A DNA stretch of 63,815 nt, the filler included, from Octopus bimaculoides (Eukaryota): the NCBI RefSeq assembly GCF_001194135.2. It is 4 parts of 4 records of this genome, joined end to end, with 100 filler letters (N's around TTAATTAATTAA, not from the genome) between each part and the next. Parts side by side here need not be neighbours in the genome. Positions count along the whole stretch, not along the records: positions 22,378 to 50,854 come from NC_068987.1; 3 more parts are not named here. The stretch is one strand, 5' to 3'. The number at the start of each line of letters is the position of its first letter. The stretch's first letter is position 1. The notes under the pieces were generated by a model. It did no database searches, was not told where the DNA came from, and was given only the letters and a program-made list of their open reading frames with translations. This document shows, piece after piece, positions 23,796 to 37,929 of this stretch. Both the position numbers and the translations under genes were made by a program.

Positions 23796-25780
23796 TGCTA
23801 CTTTCTAAAACAATAGCTCGCATGTCAGCACATACAGGAAGACAACCAATAAAAATCAGAGGCCGTAATGACAATTATAAAGACAAAGAAGTAATAACAA
23901 CGAAAGCTGTTATGACGTTAAAAACGTAGCAATAACAACTCAAGGAAAAATTCTATAAGTATTTCCCTCTTTATGACCGAAGGAAAAATTATACCAAATT
24001 CTTTAAATCTTCAAAAATCGTTTCATCTTTCTCCATAGGAAAAGGAAGGTAACGAGTTGACTTTCGTGGACTAGATTGACAGCCAGATATATACTGAGTG
24101 TGAGAACCACTGCTCCATATAACTCCACAAATCAGTAATGTTTAGACACTGAATTTATGAAGAATAATTTTGTCGATCTTACTACACATGTAACAGGAAT
24201 AGGCTGTCTTTACAGAGCTGTCGTCAAAGTATTTCATCGCAGATATATTCTACTTAGAACTCTATTATGTTTAATGTTCTGCCTCATAGCATATCAGAGA
24301 AATCACTTCGCACAAACTATGTTGTTTAGTTTCTTCTTTTTGTTGTTTTTTTCTTCGTTTTTTTTTTCTTTTCTTTAGTGTTTTATATTTTTCTAGTTTC
24401 TCCGTTTTTCCTAACTTCGAAATTTATTTTTCATATTCTTTTCTTTTCGCCTCTTTAGCATTTATTTCTAACATAGCAACAATGCCTCAGCTTTCAGTGA
24501 AAGGTATAATCGATTAAAACATTCTGTATTACTTCGCTGGCATTTTATTTCATCGACCCAAAAGGAATGAAAGGCGAACTTGACCTCGGTGCAATTTGAT
24601 CTCAGATCATAGAGACTTAACTAAATGCAACAAGACATTTTCCCGACTCTCTTACAATTCCTTTCTCTTAATCTTTCATCATTATAGTTAACTTCTATTC
24701 TATCAACTTCTTTCTTACACATTACTCTGGTGCAATAAGGTAGGAAATGCAGTATGGTGATATTTCCTTTTATTTTTTCTTCATTTACACTCGAACTTTT
24801 CCTTTCTTTTGTCATTTCCTTTTCCCTTTATTTATGTTACATGTATCATTTATCTTACAGGAAAACACTGACCTTAATTTCAACTTCACCTTGACTAAAT
24901 TCCCAGAGGCCTATACGAGAATTAAGTTCAAAGTTAAAGCAAGGTTTGTAATTATGCCTTTGTAATAATGTAACAGTTGGAAATACCGATCATAATTTCT
25001 TTATAGCTTTCTTGCAAATGTAAAAAAAAAAACACATACATTATCCCGAGAGAAATGATGGAGTAATACCTTTAGCCAGATTGGTGAGATTGCTACAGTT
25101 GTTATTCATGCGATATATTTGCAAGTCGACGACTTGATGAAGAATGTGGGCGGGCAGCGAAGTTCAAAGGATTGCAGTTCTGGCATGACGGGTTCAAAGT
25201 AGTATTTACTGCACGCTATGGAAGGTGAGACAAAGTGAAGGCGAATATACGGGACAGTAGGTTTTTGTTTTTACAGCAATGCCTATTAATTCTCCACGGC
25301 ATTTCTGTACCTGATAAAGAAAGGGAAAAGGAAGAAACCACATTTAATGATTATCTCCAGAAATGTGCCTGAGACTGAAGCAGGTTTCCCAGGTCAATTT
25401 CATAAAAAGTAATACAAAACTTTCAAAATGTATTGGACCGTTAGAAAATGTTGCTAGAAGAAAACGTAGATGTATATGTGCATAATGTGTGTGTACATAT
25501 GTGTTTGTGTTTGTGCGTGTATGCTTATGTGATTGATTTTGTGTGTACTTTAGTAGAGTACAGAGAGACATGAAATCCTGAAGCGAAATTAGATTTTATT
25601 TGTAATACTATTGTACAAATGCTACTTAACGACCCAGTTATCAACAACAATAGTTGTTCCTATTAGTAAGAAATATACTTACAATTTAAGGAATATGTGA
25701 GATAATTATTACATATAATGTATCTAAGTGATATAATTTAACAATTTCCACGTCTTAATGTCGATATTTTTCATCGAAAT

Positions 25781-25994
25781 AAAGCGGTGAGCAGGCAGAG
25801 TCGTCAGCAGTCGAGCGAAATGCCCCTAGACAAAATGATTATTTCATTAGTGTTTACGTTCTGAGTTCAAATATCGACTTAGCTTTTCGTCCTTTCGGAG
25901 ATCGACAAAATAAGCACCAGTCGAGCACTGGAGTAGATGTAATCGACTTACCGCTCCCACAAAATTGCTGGCCTTGTGCCGAAATTTGAAAGCA
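25781..25994 (+). mobile_element. SINE family A monomer, diverged, with TSD
   Basis: Family A head and core; atatttttcatc flanks at 25764-25775 and 25995-26006. Confidence 0.75.
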
Positions 25995-26900
25995 ATATTT
26001 TTCATCATAATGAGACTCGATACAGTTCAACAGTGTCAGTAAGTTGCAGCGTTGAGGTGAAAAATGTTGGCGTTTTATAGCATTCGACGCTATAAAAAAT
26101 TTACAAGCGCTTTCTTTGCTTCATTTTTTCATGGCTAATATCAATCTTTCAGGACGAACTTCAAGAGATTGTGTCCTCCTCCTTTCATACTGGTTTTCAC
26201 ATTTTGTCGGTAATTCTATAAGCGTGAAATTGTTAGAATATTTAGAGTGTTACGTACAATAGCAAGTTCTGAGTTTTGAACCGTCTAATGTTTATTTTGC
26301 ATTTTCTCTTCTCGGCTACGATGAAAATACTTCCAGTCCAAGACAATAAATTGGTAGCATTGTTGTATTGTCGGAACCTTGATGCTTGCCATATCAGTTC
26401 CTATTGTGTACATTTTCAGTTCAAATTCAGCTCAGTCATCGAACATATGACGATGATTTGTCAGGAACTGCATCAAATAATTAGCAGTGTGAAAATCAAT
26501 AGTTCCTTTGACTTCATCGAAAGATCACCTGCCAACATTAGTAGTTCTCTGTTCCATACACACCAATTTTTTTATCACGAATTCTGCCATGGTAGTGTTG
26601 GTAAGAATTCATTTCTCAACCGTGTAGTTTCAGGTTAAGTCCAACTGCAAGGCAGATAAGGCAAGTGATTTCTGCTATGACACCGGGTCGAACAATGCTT
26701 TATGATGGAATTTGATAGGCGGAAACTAAAAGAAGCACATCTTGTGTGTGTGTGTGTGTGTGTGCATGCGTGCGTGCGTGTGCGCGCATGCCATTTTGTT
26801 TGATTTTACCCCAACACCACGTAGCTCTTAGTGCTGCTTTGCTTATGTCCCTTTAACTTAGTGGTTCAACAAAACGGATCGATTGAATTAGCACCATATA

Positions 26901-27328
26901 GTCGCGGAGTGGCTGTGTGGTAAGCAGCTTGCTTACCAGCCACATGGTCCCGAATTCAGTCCCACTGCGTGGCAACTTGGGCAAGTGTCTTCTACTATAG
27001 CCTCGGGCCGACCAAAGCCTCGTAAGTGGATTTGGTAGACGGAAACTGAAAGAAGCCCGTCGTATATNNNNNNNNNNNNNNNNNNNNNNNTATATATGTG
27101 TTTGTGTGTCTGTTTGTTCCTCCAGCATCGCTTGACAACCGATGCTGGTGTGTTTACGCCCCCGTAACTTAGCGGTTCAGCAAAAGACACCGATAGAATA
27201 AGTACTAGGCTTACAAAGAATAAGTCCTGGGGTCGATTTGCTCGACTATAAAGGCGGTGCTCCAGCCTGGCCGCAGTCAAATGACTGAAACAAGTAAAGG
27301 AGTAAAAGAGTAAAAGAGTAAAAGAGTA
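26901..27328 (+). mobile_element. SINE family B, full length, internal microsatellite, (GTAAAAGA)n tail
   Basis: Head ggagtggctgtgtggtaag...gaattcagtccc, conserved body, TA/TG tract at the gap, tail gtaaaagagtaaaagag. Matches 36709-37107. Confidence 0.9.
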
Positions 27329-27996
27329 TACTTTAAATAAATCAATTACTGGCTCGAGTCGCTTTTGAGTTAATCACTTCAAAGTGGTGTTCGATTATGG
27401 TTGCAGTCCAGTGACTGAAATAACTACATGATAAGCAATAAAGACAACTTAATTTCATAGATTAAAGCTCCATTTTAGTTTCATCTGACATGGCATAACG
27501 TGCCATCTTCGTTCGATGCATGGTAGATATTCAACTAACAACTAAAATCTATAATAAGATCGTTTGCTACAGAGAAACAAGAAAAAATACTGAAATTGCT
27601 CGAATGTATAAATTAAAAATAAAAAAAAGTTTTTTTTTGCACAAACACAGACCACCAATGGTTTATCGAACTGCAGTTTTTATTTCCTATTTTGTAACAT
27701 TTAAAAAATAAAACAATATTAAACGTTTGACATTTGAAATCAACAAACTGTGTTTGTTAACTTGTATAGCATTGTAATGGAACAGTTTGTACATGCAGTG
27801 TAATATTTAATCTTCAACGCTCTGGTAAATAAAATAGAATAAATACAACATCGTTAGCATCTCCACATCATCATCATTAGCATCTCATCAACGTCGTCAT
27901 CATCGTTATTCCCAGCACCAACACCATCATCATTATCATCATCTTCATCATCATTTTGATTTATTCACAGTGTTATTATAAAGTTTACAATAACAA

Positions 27997-28012
27997 CTAC
28001 TACTACTACTAT

Positions 28013-28084
<72 letters not shown>

Positions 28085-28088
28085 TACT
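27997..28088. repeat. (CTA)n microsatellite
   Basis: Near-pure run. Confidence 0.9.
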
Positions 28089-28299
28089 GCTGTTGCTGCT
28101 GATCATGGTGCTAATGGCAATAACAATGATGATGATTACATCAACACTACAAATGAAAATAACTTCTGTTGAAGCATGTAGTAATATTATAAATGTTTTA
28201 TTATTTAGAAAGCAAATTACCGTAATCGTTAGAACGGTAGGCAAAACACCACAGGATTATTCAATCACAGTACTTTGCATCCTAGTTTCAAACACCGTC

Positions 28300-28303
<4 letters not shown>

Positions 28304-28377
<74 letters not shown>
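28304..28377. repeat. (CT)n microsatellite
   Basis: Pure run. Confidence 0.95.
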
Positions 28378-28381
<4 letters not shown>

Positions 28382-29013
28382 ACATCCCCGGCTCTACAAA
28401 ATAGGTTTCAACCAAAGTGATCTAATCGATTACATTCTTCTGATATAGGCGGAGTTTAGCTCCAATGTTAAAACAGTTACTGTTGCACTTGTTAATTCTG
28501 TTGTTGCTGATGTCATGATTGTTAGTATTGTTTTTGTTTTTCATGCTGTTTGGGATAGTCTTACATCTTGTCAGTCCATTAATGCTTGTTAAATTTTGTT
28601 GAAATCAATTTGTTTACTGCTGCGAAATTTGGTTAGAATTTCGAAAAAGGACCCTTCTTCTCCGTGTGAAGATGAATACCGCCAAATTTTGTCTCAAATG
28701 GTACAAATTTTGCATATCCTTAATGGTTTTTTTGTTTTTATCTGTTTGAATGGGATCGATTACGTACCGAATGGATTGAGTAATACCAACTATTAAATTC
28801 AGCTACAATTTAGCAAGAAGAATCAATTGTACTACTCGTGCCAGCTTCATTATAAACATAATCCAACCCGTCTTTTTAATACCTGGACAGCACATGTTGA
28901 CTCTTAGAAACAGTGCATGAATGACAACAAAAGCAAAATCAATATCGGTAACGACAGCGATAGCAATAATAAGAGCGACGTTCTTAACCACTTGCACACC
29001 AACCAAGAAGCAA

Positions 29014-29045
<32 letters not shown>

Positions 29046-29199
29046 ACAACAACAGTGACAACAACAGTAACAACAACAAAAACATGACAGCAGTAACAAC
29101 TATGACAGCAGTGACAAAAAAATTCAGCAACAACAGCAACAATGACAACGATGACAAGTAAGTAATGATAGTGACTCCACAGACGAGCAACCTTTTACG

Positions 29200-31060
29200 G
29201 GAAAGGGTATGGAAATAAATAAATATTTCCTGCTCTCTCACAACAAAGGTGGCACAATTTGAGAAAGAATAGAGAGAGAAGAACTTAACGTGCAATCCCA
29301 GTCGAGGTTTTGGCAGCAACTGCCAGGAAAGCGGTGCACCATCGCTGTATGTCAGGAAAAATCCTTGACGCCTTGAAGCAGTAGCACACACCTTAGTGGA
29401 TAAAGCAATCAAAGATATATGGGTAGATAAGATCATATGAACAGGATAAAGTATTTTGGAAGCGTGAATGTCCACTTCAAAAGCGAAGCCTTCGCTCTGT
29501 GTTACTCCATATCTCCTAAAACGACAGGGAAATCACCCTTTATCCAAAATATTTAGGAAAGACTTGTCGCAGTAATAAAACACGCTTTCTCAGAGTTGGA
29601 CCCTGGTGGTTCTTGGACTGTATTGTATTCGATGGCAGCAATAATCATCTCAAAGTAAAAAAAAACTTGGGTGTTTAGGCTTGGAATAACGCTGAAGATA
29701 CAATCCACAGCAGACAGGTGGATGTGGAAAAGATCACAGATCTTATCTGCCTGCCCAGTGGAAAAGAGCTGCGTGCTGAGCATGAGGCAGGAGGGCAAGA
29801 TGCCACTTGTGTGGTGTTGTAAAGCACAATAAAATACAGATGATGGTTGCCCACAACTACTTCCTACACTACAGATCCAACACAAACAGCATCGTACTGT
29901 AATAACCGCAGTAGCCACAGCAAAGAGATCAAGAGCATCATAAGCATCAACAATAACAGCAGAAATAACAGTAGAGCAAGACAAATAGCTGTAGCTGCAA
30001 CTATGGGATCATTAACGGCAATGATAGAAATATATCCCACAGCCACAGGAAACCAAAAACAGAATACACCACACAGAAAATTGCCCAACTTCACTCTTCT
30101 CTCTACCTATTTTTCAAGCAGAAATACTCACAAGGATACACATAAAAAAACACCTCAACTCTTACATACATTGGATTCTTTCAGACGTTGAAACTTCATC
30201 TTGTAAGGAGGAAGGACAGCCACGAACATGTAAAGAATGACAATAAAATTTTTAAAAACTGCTACACCATCTCTGCACGAACCAGACAATTATGACATCA
30301 TTACAAAATCCACAACTCTATCAGCCACAGACAAATCCACAACAACCCCACTACTACTGCTATTAGCGCCCACCTCAGAAAAATAAAACACTCACAGGAG
30401 CAGTATCAACAGAAAACCGCAAAAATTTAACAAAACACGCATTCACCCAATTTTGTGCTGATAAGAAGCATGATGTCCTTTATCCTGCCAAAGGAAAACA
30501 TTAAACAGAAGTAGAGGACTTCTGGGGAAACACTTTAAATGGGCCATAAAACTGGAAAATAAGGTTGAAACAATGAGGGATATTTCGCCAGTAAGCAGTA
30601 AGCAGTCAGCTCCTAATAGACTTCCCAAAGTTTTATGTAGACCAATCTAGCTGGTTTCGGAAACCCCATTAATTCCTTAGCAACTCCCATTTGATAACAC
30701 TAAGATCTTCACATCCCCTACTCTTACTGGGAAAGGGATGGCAAGACTGTTTCGGAGCGGCCTGGTCCTTGACGCAGACTGTAAATTGGAGGTCCTGGAC
30801 GTGAATAGTTGTGACAGTGGTCAGATTTCTTTAGGCATCTGGAGGTTTTCTTTGGAGAGCTCCATTTTCAATACTAGTAGGCTATTGGAATACCATCTTA
30901 GATGCACAACTGCATTTTGTATAGCCAGATGATAGGAGAGTTGGATGAAAATGTCCCACAAAAATCTCAATCTTTAGTGTATATACTACAATATCTATGT
31001 CTCTGATGTACAATACAGCAATGTGACCAACTCTGGTGTACAGTATTAGATTATCTCCAG
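29200..31060 (+). mobile_element. Decayed L1/Tx1-clade LINE: ORF1 (zinc knuckle) and ORF2 APE endonuclease remnants
   Basis: Frameshifted pieces YFGSVNVHFKSE..., ITLYPKYLGK, GITLKIQST, RARCHLCGVVKHNKIQ (CCHC-like, ~29800-29840). From ~30780, KLEVLDVN..DFFRHLEVFF..ILVGYWNTILDA (GD[FW]N motif degraded). Confidence 0.6.
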
Positions 31061-31081
31061 TGTTCAATATTACAATCGCAT

Positions 31082-31298
31082 AAGGCGGCGAGCTGGCTGA
31101 ATCATTAGCACACCGTACTAAACGCTTAGCGGCATTTGGTCAATTTCTCACTATGTTCTGAGATCAAACTGCGCCGAGACGACATTGGCCTTCATCCTTT
31201 TTCGTGTCGATAATCTAGGTACTAGTTCAGCACTGGAGTTAATGTAATCGACTTTTACTCCTCCCCCGAAATTGCTCACTTTGTGCCAAATCTGTAAC
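31082..31298 (+). mobile_element. SINE family A monomer, diverged
   Basis: aaggcggcgagctggctgaatcattagc head, decayed core, and ccccgaaattgct..ttgtgccaaa tail. Confidence 0.75.
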
Positions 31299-33121
31299 AA
31301 TTATTATAATTACATAGCTCTGGTATGCAGGAGAACAACATATGTGCTTCTGGTGTGCATTATTACAATGTACTATCTACTGTTTACAATACCAAATTCT
31401 AAGACAATGTACGTATCTCTAGCGTAGGTTTGCCTCTAAATTACAATATTATAATATATATGTCTCTAATCAACGATACTATTTCTCGTGTCTATACTTC
31501 AGTGTACGTGGCACTATACATCGCCATTATGTATACATTGCCGCTATGTACGTGCCATCAGTGTATAATGTAGATTGCACCTATGTATAATAGTATTATC
31601 TTGTACACAATATTGCAGGCTTCGTTGTTCTAATGCATGAGTGTATGATGTACATGGCTTTAATTCGTTTTGTTGAAACTACATACCCATATCACAAAGA
31701 TTGATAATTACCACACTTGGCACGAGACCACACATATTTTGGAGTTGAGAGAAAAGAATACATCAAACCACACTACTTGACTTATAGTAACTAATAATCC
31801 CTCTCCAATCTCACTCTATTTCAGAATTTAGTCATATATATATATGTGTATGTCTCTGTGTGTGTTTGTGTATGTGTGTTTGTGTATGTATGTGTGTTTG
31901 TGTGTTATCTGAAAATAAATACGGGATGGTTACAGATAGAACTCTTTAATCATAGGCCTTCAGCAAAACAACGAAGATAACAACTGCTATTTACTTTATC
32001 GACCCTCTAAGAATGAAATGCGAATTTGACCTTTGTAGATTCTCAATTCATATGCCATTTAAGGTCGATTTGGCTCTTGTCTTTCATAGGTCGATTAAAT
32101 AAGTATCGATGAAAAGTCGCGGTCGATTTAATCATCTATGTCTCTCCACATAATGTGTGCGAATGGCTTTGTGTCTGCGTTAGAATGCATTATTAGTAAA
32201 AGAAGCACATAAGCTAGGAATGGGGAGGGCGAGTAGGACACGCATATGAAACATAAATAGAGAAATAAAAGTATCTCTTGAAGAAACCAATAAATTTCAT
32301 ACTCCCAGAAATTATTTCATTAAGATGAAATATAGTTCTAGTTAATGCATGCTTCTTATTTTGCTTGTTATCTTTTTCTCCTCAGATATATATATATATA
32401 TATATATTAATCATCTATTATTTTTCTACTTCATTTGAAGAAATAAAACTTTTTTTTTCTTTTGACAAAAATTTATGAATAATTCTCCTTATCGTTTCTT
32501 TCGTTCGTTCATATTTGCCTACATTTATTTCATTTTACTTTTCTTCTTGTATATGTCTTATCATTAAAAGACTGCTCCAAGATATTCTGCAATAAATAAA
32601 ACTGAAATACTCTATAATAATGAAAAAGATTATGAATATGAATATTAAAATATCGCATATAAAACAATGTAATAAACAATATATTATTTATTGGGATAAA
32701 AGCAGTTTATGTTTTCGTGTTTGTTTTTGTATATTGCCTTGTGTAGGTCTTTTGAAAATTTGCTGTTTCATGCTTTGTTTTTATGTTTTTTTCTTCTTTT
32801 GATAGATTTAAAGAAAGTAGCGGGGTTGGGATTTTCGCTCTGAGCAATGGAACATTGCCAGTTATGGAGAATAGCAAACTTTCCAGTGCCGAATAACTGA
32901 TGACAGATCGATGCTAATATAGCATATAGTTATTATTTTTCTCTTATCTCGGGGAAGAAATCCTTAATTCATAGATAAGACTGCAAATATATATATATAT
33001 ATATATANNNNNNNNNNNNNNNNNNNNNNNNNNNNNNNNNNNNNNNNNNNNNNNNNNNNNNNNNNNNNNNNNNNNNNNNNNNNNNNNNNNNNNNNNNNNN
33101 NNNNNNNNNNNNNNNNNNNNN

Positions 33122-33161
<40 letters not shown>

Positions 33162-34344
33162 TCATATTTGTGTGTATGTATATACATACATCTATATTGC
33201 CTCTTCATTTTTACTATTTCAGCATATATAGCAAGGTATCGAAACACACTATTCCACACACTGATGAAAACAATCCATTTTAAATTGAAGATAAGACAGT
33301 AAACATACGCTATATTTATACTAAGCTTCATGAATAATATACACGCATTACGTATGCGCAAGTATTTACATCTATATACAAACAGCAGTATTTCAGATCC
33401 CCTCCAAGAAATTTTGAGTCATACTAAGTTTTCCTCAATGGTAATCTTTCTTTTTTTCTTTTGTTGTTGTTTTTTGTGCGGAGGAATTATTTTGCATGCA
33501 CATTATTTCGAAATGTATAGACATGTGTGACCTGGTTAAACACAGTTTCTTCCCTTTATTCGTTCGTTTCTATTTTATGAAAAAATATTGTCTTCTGTTA
33601 AAGATATTTCAACGTAACATCTTCTCCTGGAAATGTGGAAAGAGCACTTACAACAAAAGAATCAGAAAATGACCTCGTTCTTAAAAGAGAAATGTAGTTT
33701 TACAACACATGAAAAATAATTTGGAAATAACAAAGAATAATTTGAAAATAATTAAGACTACTTTACAAAGACACACAGAAATACATGAAATCATGTGCCG
33801 TCTCGACAAAATATCGAATACAAAGAGCTAAGGGCTCGCATATGGGTCGGATTCGGTGAAGGAGAAAATTGTGGTTGCGGGATGTATCAAAAAATAGTGC
33901 CTAAATTAGAAATAATTATTTCAGAAGACAGTGGATTCGTAGAACAGCATTTTTTCTGAGTTTAAATCTTGCCTTCATATATAATTCTTAAAGAAGAAAT
34001 ATAGTTTATCCAGTATATATATCCCTAAAATTTGAGTTTGTTTACTCATGCTAGAAATCAAAATTCTTAACATTTCAGAAGATAGTGAAGTAATGTATTT
34101 GTCTGCATTAACGATTCCGAACGCATCGAGAGATTGTTTCTATTCGAAATACTCACATAATGGATAGCACTATTTCCACGTTTTTATATTTCGATAATTT
34201 ATTTTATACATAAATGACTGTCTTTTGTGACTAATACATCTGTGGCTTTCCATTGGCTAAAATTACGTAAAATTTACAAACTTTGAAAGCTATTACCAAT
34301 TTATGTATTCATTTATGGCAAAAATTATTCTCATTCCCATAATT

Positions 34345-34561
34345 CTTTTCTACTTTAGGCACAAGGCTTGAAATTTTCGGGAAGGGGGGCCAGTCGATTA
34401 GATCGATCCCAGTACGCAACTGGTCCTTAATTTATCGATCTCGAAAGGATGAAACTCAAAGTCAATCTCGGCGGAATTTGAACTCAGAACGTAAAGACAG
34501 ACGAATTACCGCTAAGCATTTTGCCCGGCGTGCTAAAGTTTCCGCCAACTCGCCGCCTTTT
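34345..34561 (-). mobile_element. SINE family A monomer with 14-bp TSD
   Basis: tcattcccataatt (34331-34344) vs tcattcccatgatt (34562-34575), 13/14. Confidence 0.9.
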
Positions 34562-34721
34562 TCATTCCCATGATTTGCATACAAAACTACATCAGTACAC
34601 CAAATTTGACAGAAACTGAAACAATTTTCTTATTTAAATTGAACACAGTTACAGCAACAGAAAAGATCCAACCAATAATTCTATTTCGTAGCATTTAGCA
34701 TTTAATACGATAAAATCTCAG

Positions 34722-35036
34722 TTAGTCACAGACATGAATAGAATTGAACCAGTATCTTGGATCATTGCTATTACGGCCGGGTTCTAACTCGGGCCGCAGC
34801 AACGAAGTCTGCTTGTCACACTTCTCCATCATCACTGACTCGAAGTTCTTGATATATTTCAGGCCGGCGTCTGTAATCAAGTAGTCAGTGTAAATGTGAA
34901 GACGTTTTCGTCTTCTTACATGAATATGAAATGCTTTTTACAAGACTAATTCGGATACTTCCAAATCAGAGTAATGCACATAGTGACAAGATAGTCGTAG
35001 CCGTATTGGCCTGATCGGCAGACAGCTGTGACTATA
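34722..35036 (-). pseudogene. Candidate coding or pseudo-exon with LRR (Cys-containing subtype)-like periodicity
   Basis: 105-codon frame with one internal TAA (34938-34940): ...IRLRLSCHYVHYSDLEVSELVL*KAFHIHVRRRKRLHIYTDYLITDAGLKYIKNFESVMMEKCDKQTSLLRPELEPGRNSNDPRYWFNSIHVCD*. Locally GC-richer. Splice acceptors are weak. Confidence 0.3.
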
Positions 35037-36708
35037 TTAGATTAACCACTCTAATTCAAGTCGAGAAAAATATTAAGAGACACGGGTAATTTTGAATTAT
35101 GTGCTAGCCGATTCATAACGTTTCAGATAACTTCACACATTTGTTATTAGGAAAAAGTGTGATATCTAAATGTTCAGAAAGTTCCTCAGAAATTCACTAA
35201 CAAAAATGAAAGGGATTGGTTTAAATTCATTTAGTTTTTTTTTTCTCCACACTGTATGGGTTTACGACTTGTCGCAAAAGTCTTTTGTGTGGCCGAAGAA
35301 ATGAAAATTATGATATATTTCTTCAAATCAGGTAGGGAACATATGTGTGTCAGTAATGAATAGTGCGTATATATTTTCAACACAGTAATTAGACACACAT
35401 AAAGCGAATTCCGTGGTCACGTAGACAATACCGCGACGGTTTGTAGTCATGAAACTGTAATTTATTACGATGCCATTTGAATAAAACTGGCACACACCGA
35501 GAATCGAATCTGTATTATGGGCTTCATTCTCTCAAGTCTTACATTTAATCTCAGCATATACAAACACATACATTATATAGATTATATATGTGGGTGTGTG
35601 TGTGTTTGCATCCATACATATATACATACATACATAATTCATATATACATAATTCATACATACATACATGCATGCATACATGTTGATGCAAACATGTTGC
35701 ATAACATAGAGGTTGTCTTTATACGTATATTTGTCCAGAAGGAATCTAACGTCATGCCATTATAAGTGATATATAGTGGAAATAATCAACTCTTATTCAA
35801 GTTAGCGTTAATATGATTCTTGAGACGTGCACCCACCTCCAGCAAACCGAATTCTTTAGTGCAAAACATTAACTGAGTGCAGAAGAAAATTTGCTCCTTC
35901 TGGCTAACAGTGACAACCATAGGATTTTCATAAAAGAATATGAATGAATCTGTGAAAGTAGGAAGCAGTAAAACTATCCAGTGGAGAATGAGATACGACT
36001 TATGGGAAAATTAGCGAATAACTAGTGCAGAAGATACAAATATTATGGGTAAAACGCGCATCAATAAATGGTCTCTAACACAGTCATACACACACATACA
36101 TGACTGGCACACACACACACACACGTAAACACAATTACCCATGTATACAAAAACATACACTCCCACAAACACACATACACGCAAACAATAAAGCGTGGGC
36201 CATGTGTGTCTATGTGTTCGTGCTTCCGTGTGTTTCATGTATTTCTATATGAGCATAGATATAAAATGCAATGGAATAAATATGGAGAAATATGTGAATA
36301 CACACACACACACACACACACACAGATATATAACTATTATAACATTTATATTACAATATATTACATGTATACGCGTACGTGCATATATATGCACATACAC
36401 ACACATATATATNNNNNNNNNNNNNNNNNNNNNNNNNNNNNNNNNNNNNNNNNNNNNTATATATATATATATATTCCTATATATCATTCAATAGAAAACA
36501 ACTGACACAAATTGGATTAAAAGGAAATGTATGGAGGAAAACGTTCCGTTCAGATGTGTAGACACTTTGAAATATTGGTAAGGAGGTAGGCAGAGATTGA
36601 GATGCTCAGATGAATAAATAACTATGCATGCATGCATTTGTCTGTTTCTCGCCATACATCACAACCTACATATAAAAATATATAGCTACCAATCAATTTC
36701 AAACTGCA

Positions 36709-37107
36709 GGTGCAGGAGTGGCTGTGTGGTAAGTAGCTTGCTTACCAACCACATGTTTCCGGGTTCAGTCCCACTGCGTGGTACCTTGGGCAAGTGTCAA
36801 CTACTACAGCCTCGGGCCGACCAAAGCCTTGTGAGTGGATTTGGTAGACGGAAACTGAAAGAAGCCCGTCATATATATGTATATATGTGTATATGTTTGT
36901 GTGTCTGTGTTTGTCCCCCCACCAAAGCTTGACAACCGATTGTGGTGTGTTTACGTTCCCGTAACTTAGCGGTTCGGCAAAAAGACACCGACAGAACAAG
37001 TACCCGGCTTAAAAAGAATAAGTCTTGGGGTCCATTTTCTCGACTAAAGGCGGTGCTCCATCATGGCCGAAGTCAAATTATTGAAACAAGTAAAAGAGTA
37101 AAAGAGT
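36709..37107 (+). mobile_element. SINE family B, full length
   Basis: tRNA-like head (tggtaag...gggttcagtccc), body, internal TA/TG tract, gtaaaaga tail. Confidence 0.9.
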
Positions 37108-37109
37108 AT

Positions 37110-37381
37110 ATATGTATATATATATATATATATATATACATATGTGTACACACACACCGGCACAAACGAACCCACATATACACACATGTAAATGAACCCG
37201 CACATAACACCTACACATACACAACACGCACTCACACACACACACCCAAGTATACATAACACCTACACACACATCACACGCACATACACACGCACACATA
37301 CAAGGCACATACACACACATGTAGAAACGAACTCACACACACATGCAAATGAACCTACACACAACTCTTACACACACACTA

Positions 37382-37412
<31 letters not shown>

Positions 37413-37900
37413 CATACATGTACACACACGCAAATGAGCCCACACATAATTCACATACACCCACAACAAACAGTTACACATACACGAACACATACTACTC
37501 ATATACACGCACGCACGCATACACACGAAATAACCCACGTGCGATCCACAAAGCAAACCGCACGCATATACATACACACGTACACACTCATATATATACA
37601 CATACACACACATACACAAAAAATACAGGCACACACTGCTAGGAAATCACACCCACACAATACAAAAACACACGCACACACACATACTCAAAAACTGCCT
37701 GCTTACCTCCCACTGACCATTGTCCACAAGCACTCCCTAACTATTCATGCTACTAATTCCTTCCACTACGTCACACACACACACATACACACTAACAGAT
37801 AAACAACCAAACCACGCACGCACACACACACACATATATATACGCACACACACGTTCTGTTATTACACACACACTTGCAGACCCTCGCGCACGCACACAT
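37110..37900. repeat. CA-rich cryptic or degenerate tandem repeat
   Basis: Recurrent cacat(g/a)(c/t)aaatga(a/g)cc..cacataa motifs in CA runs; explains the His/Thr and Cys/Val ORFs. Confidence 0.7.
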
Positions 37901-37929
37901 ATTCACCTCCCTTTTTCACTCTCCTGTCT

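Noticed and set aside
25099-25290. Apparent plus-strand exon (CYSCDIFASRRLDEECG...) with donor at 25225 and acceptor at 25276
   Set aside because: The intron would be only 52 nt, the upstream acceptor is weak, the frame stops four codons after splicing, and further Ly6-type cysteines are missing.
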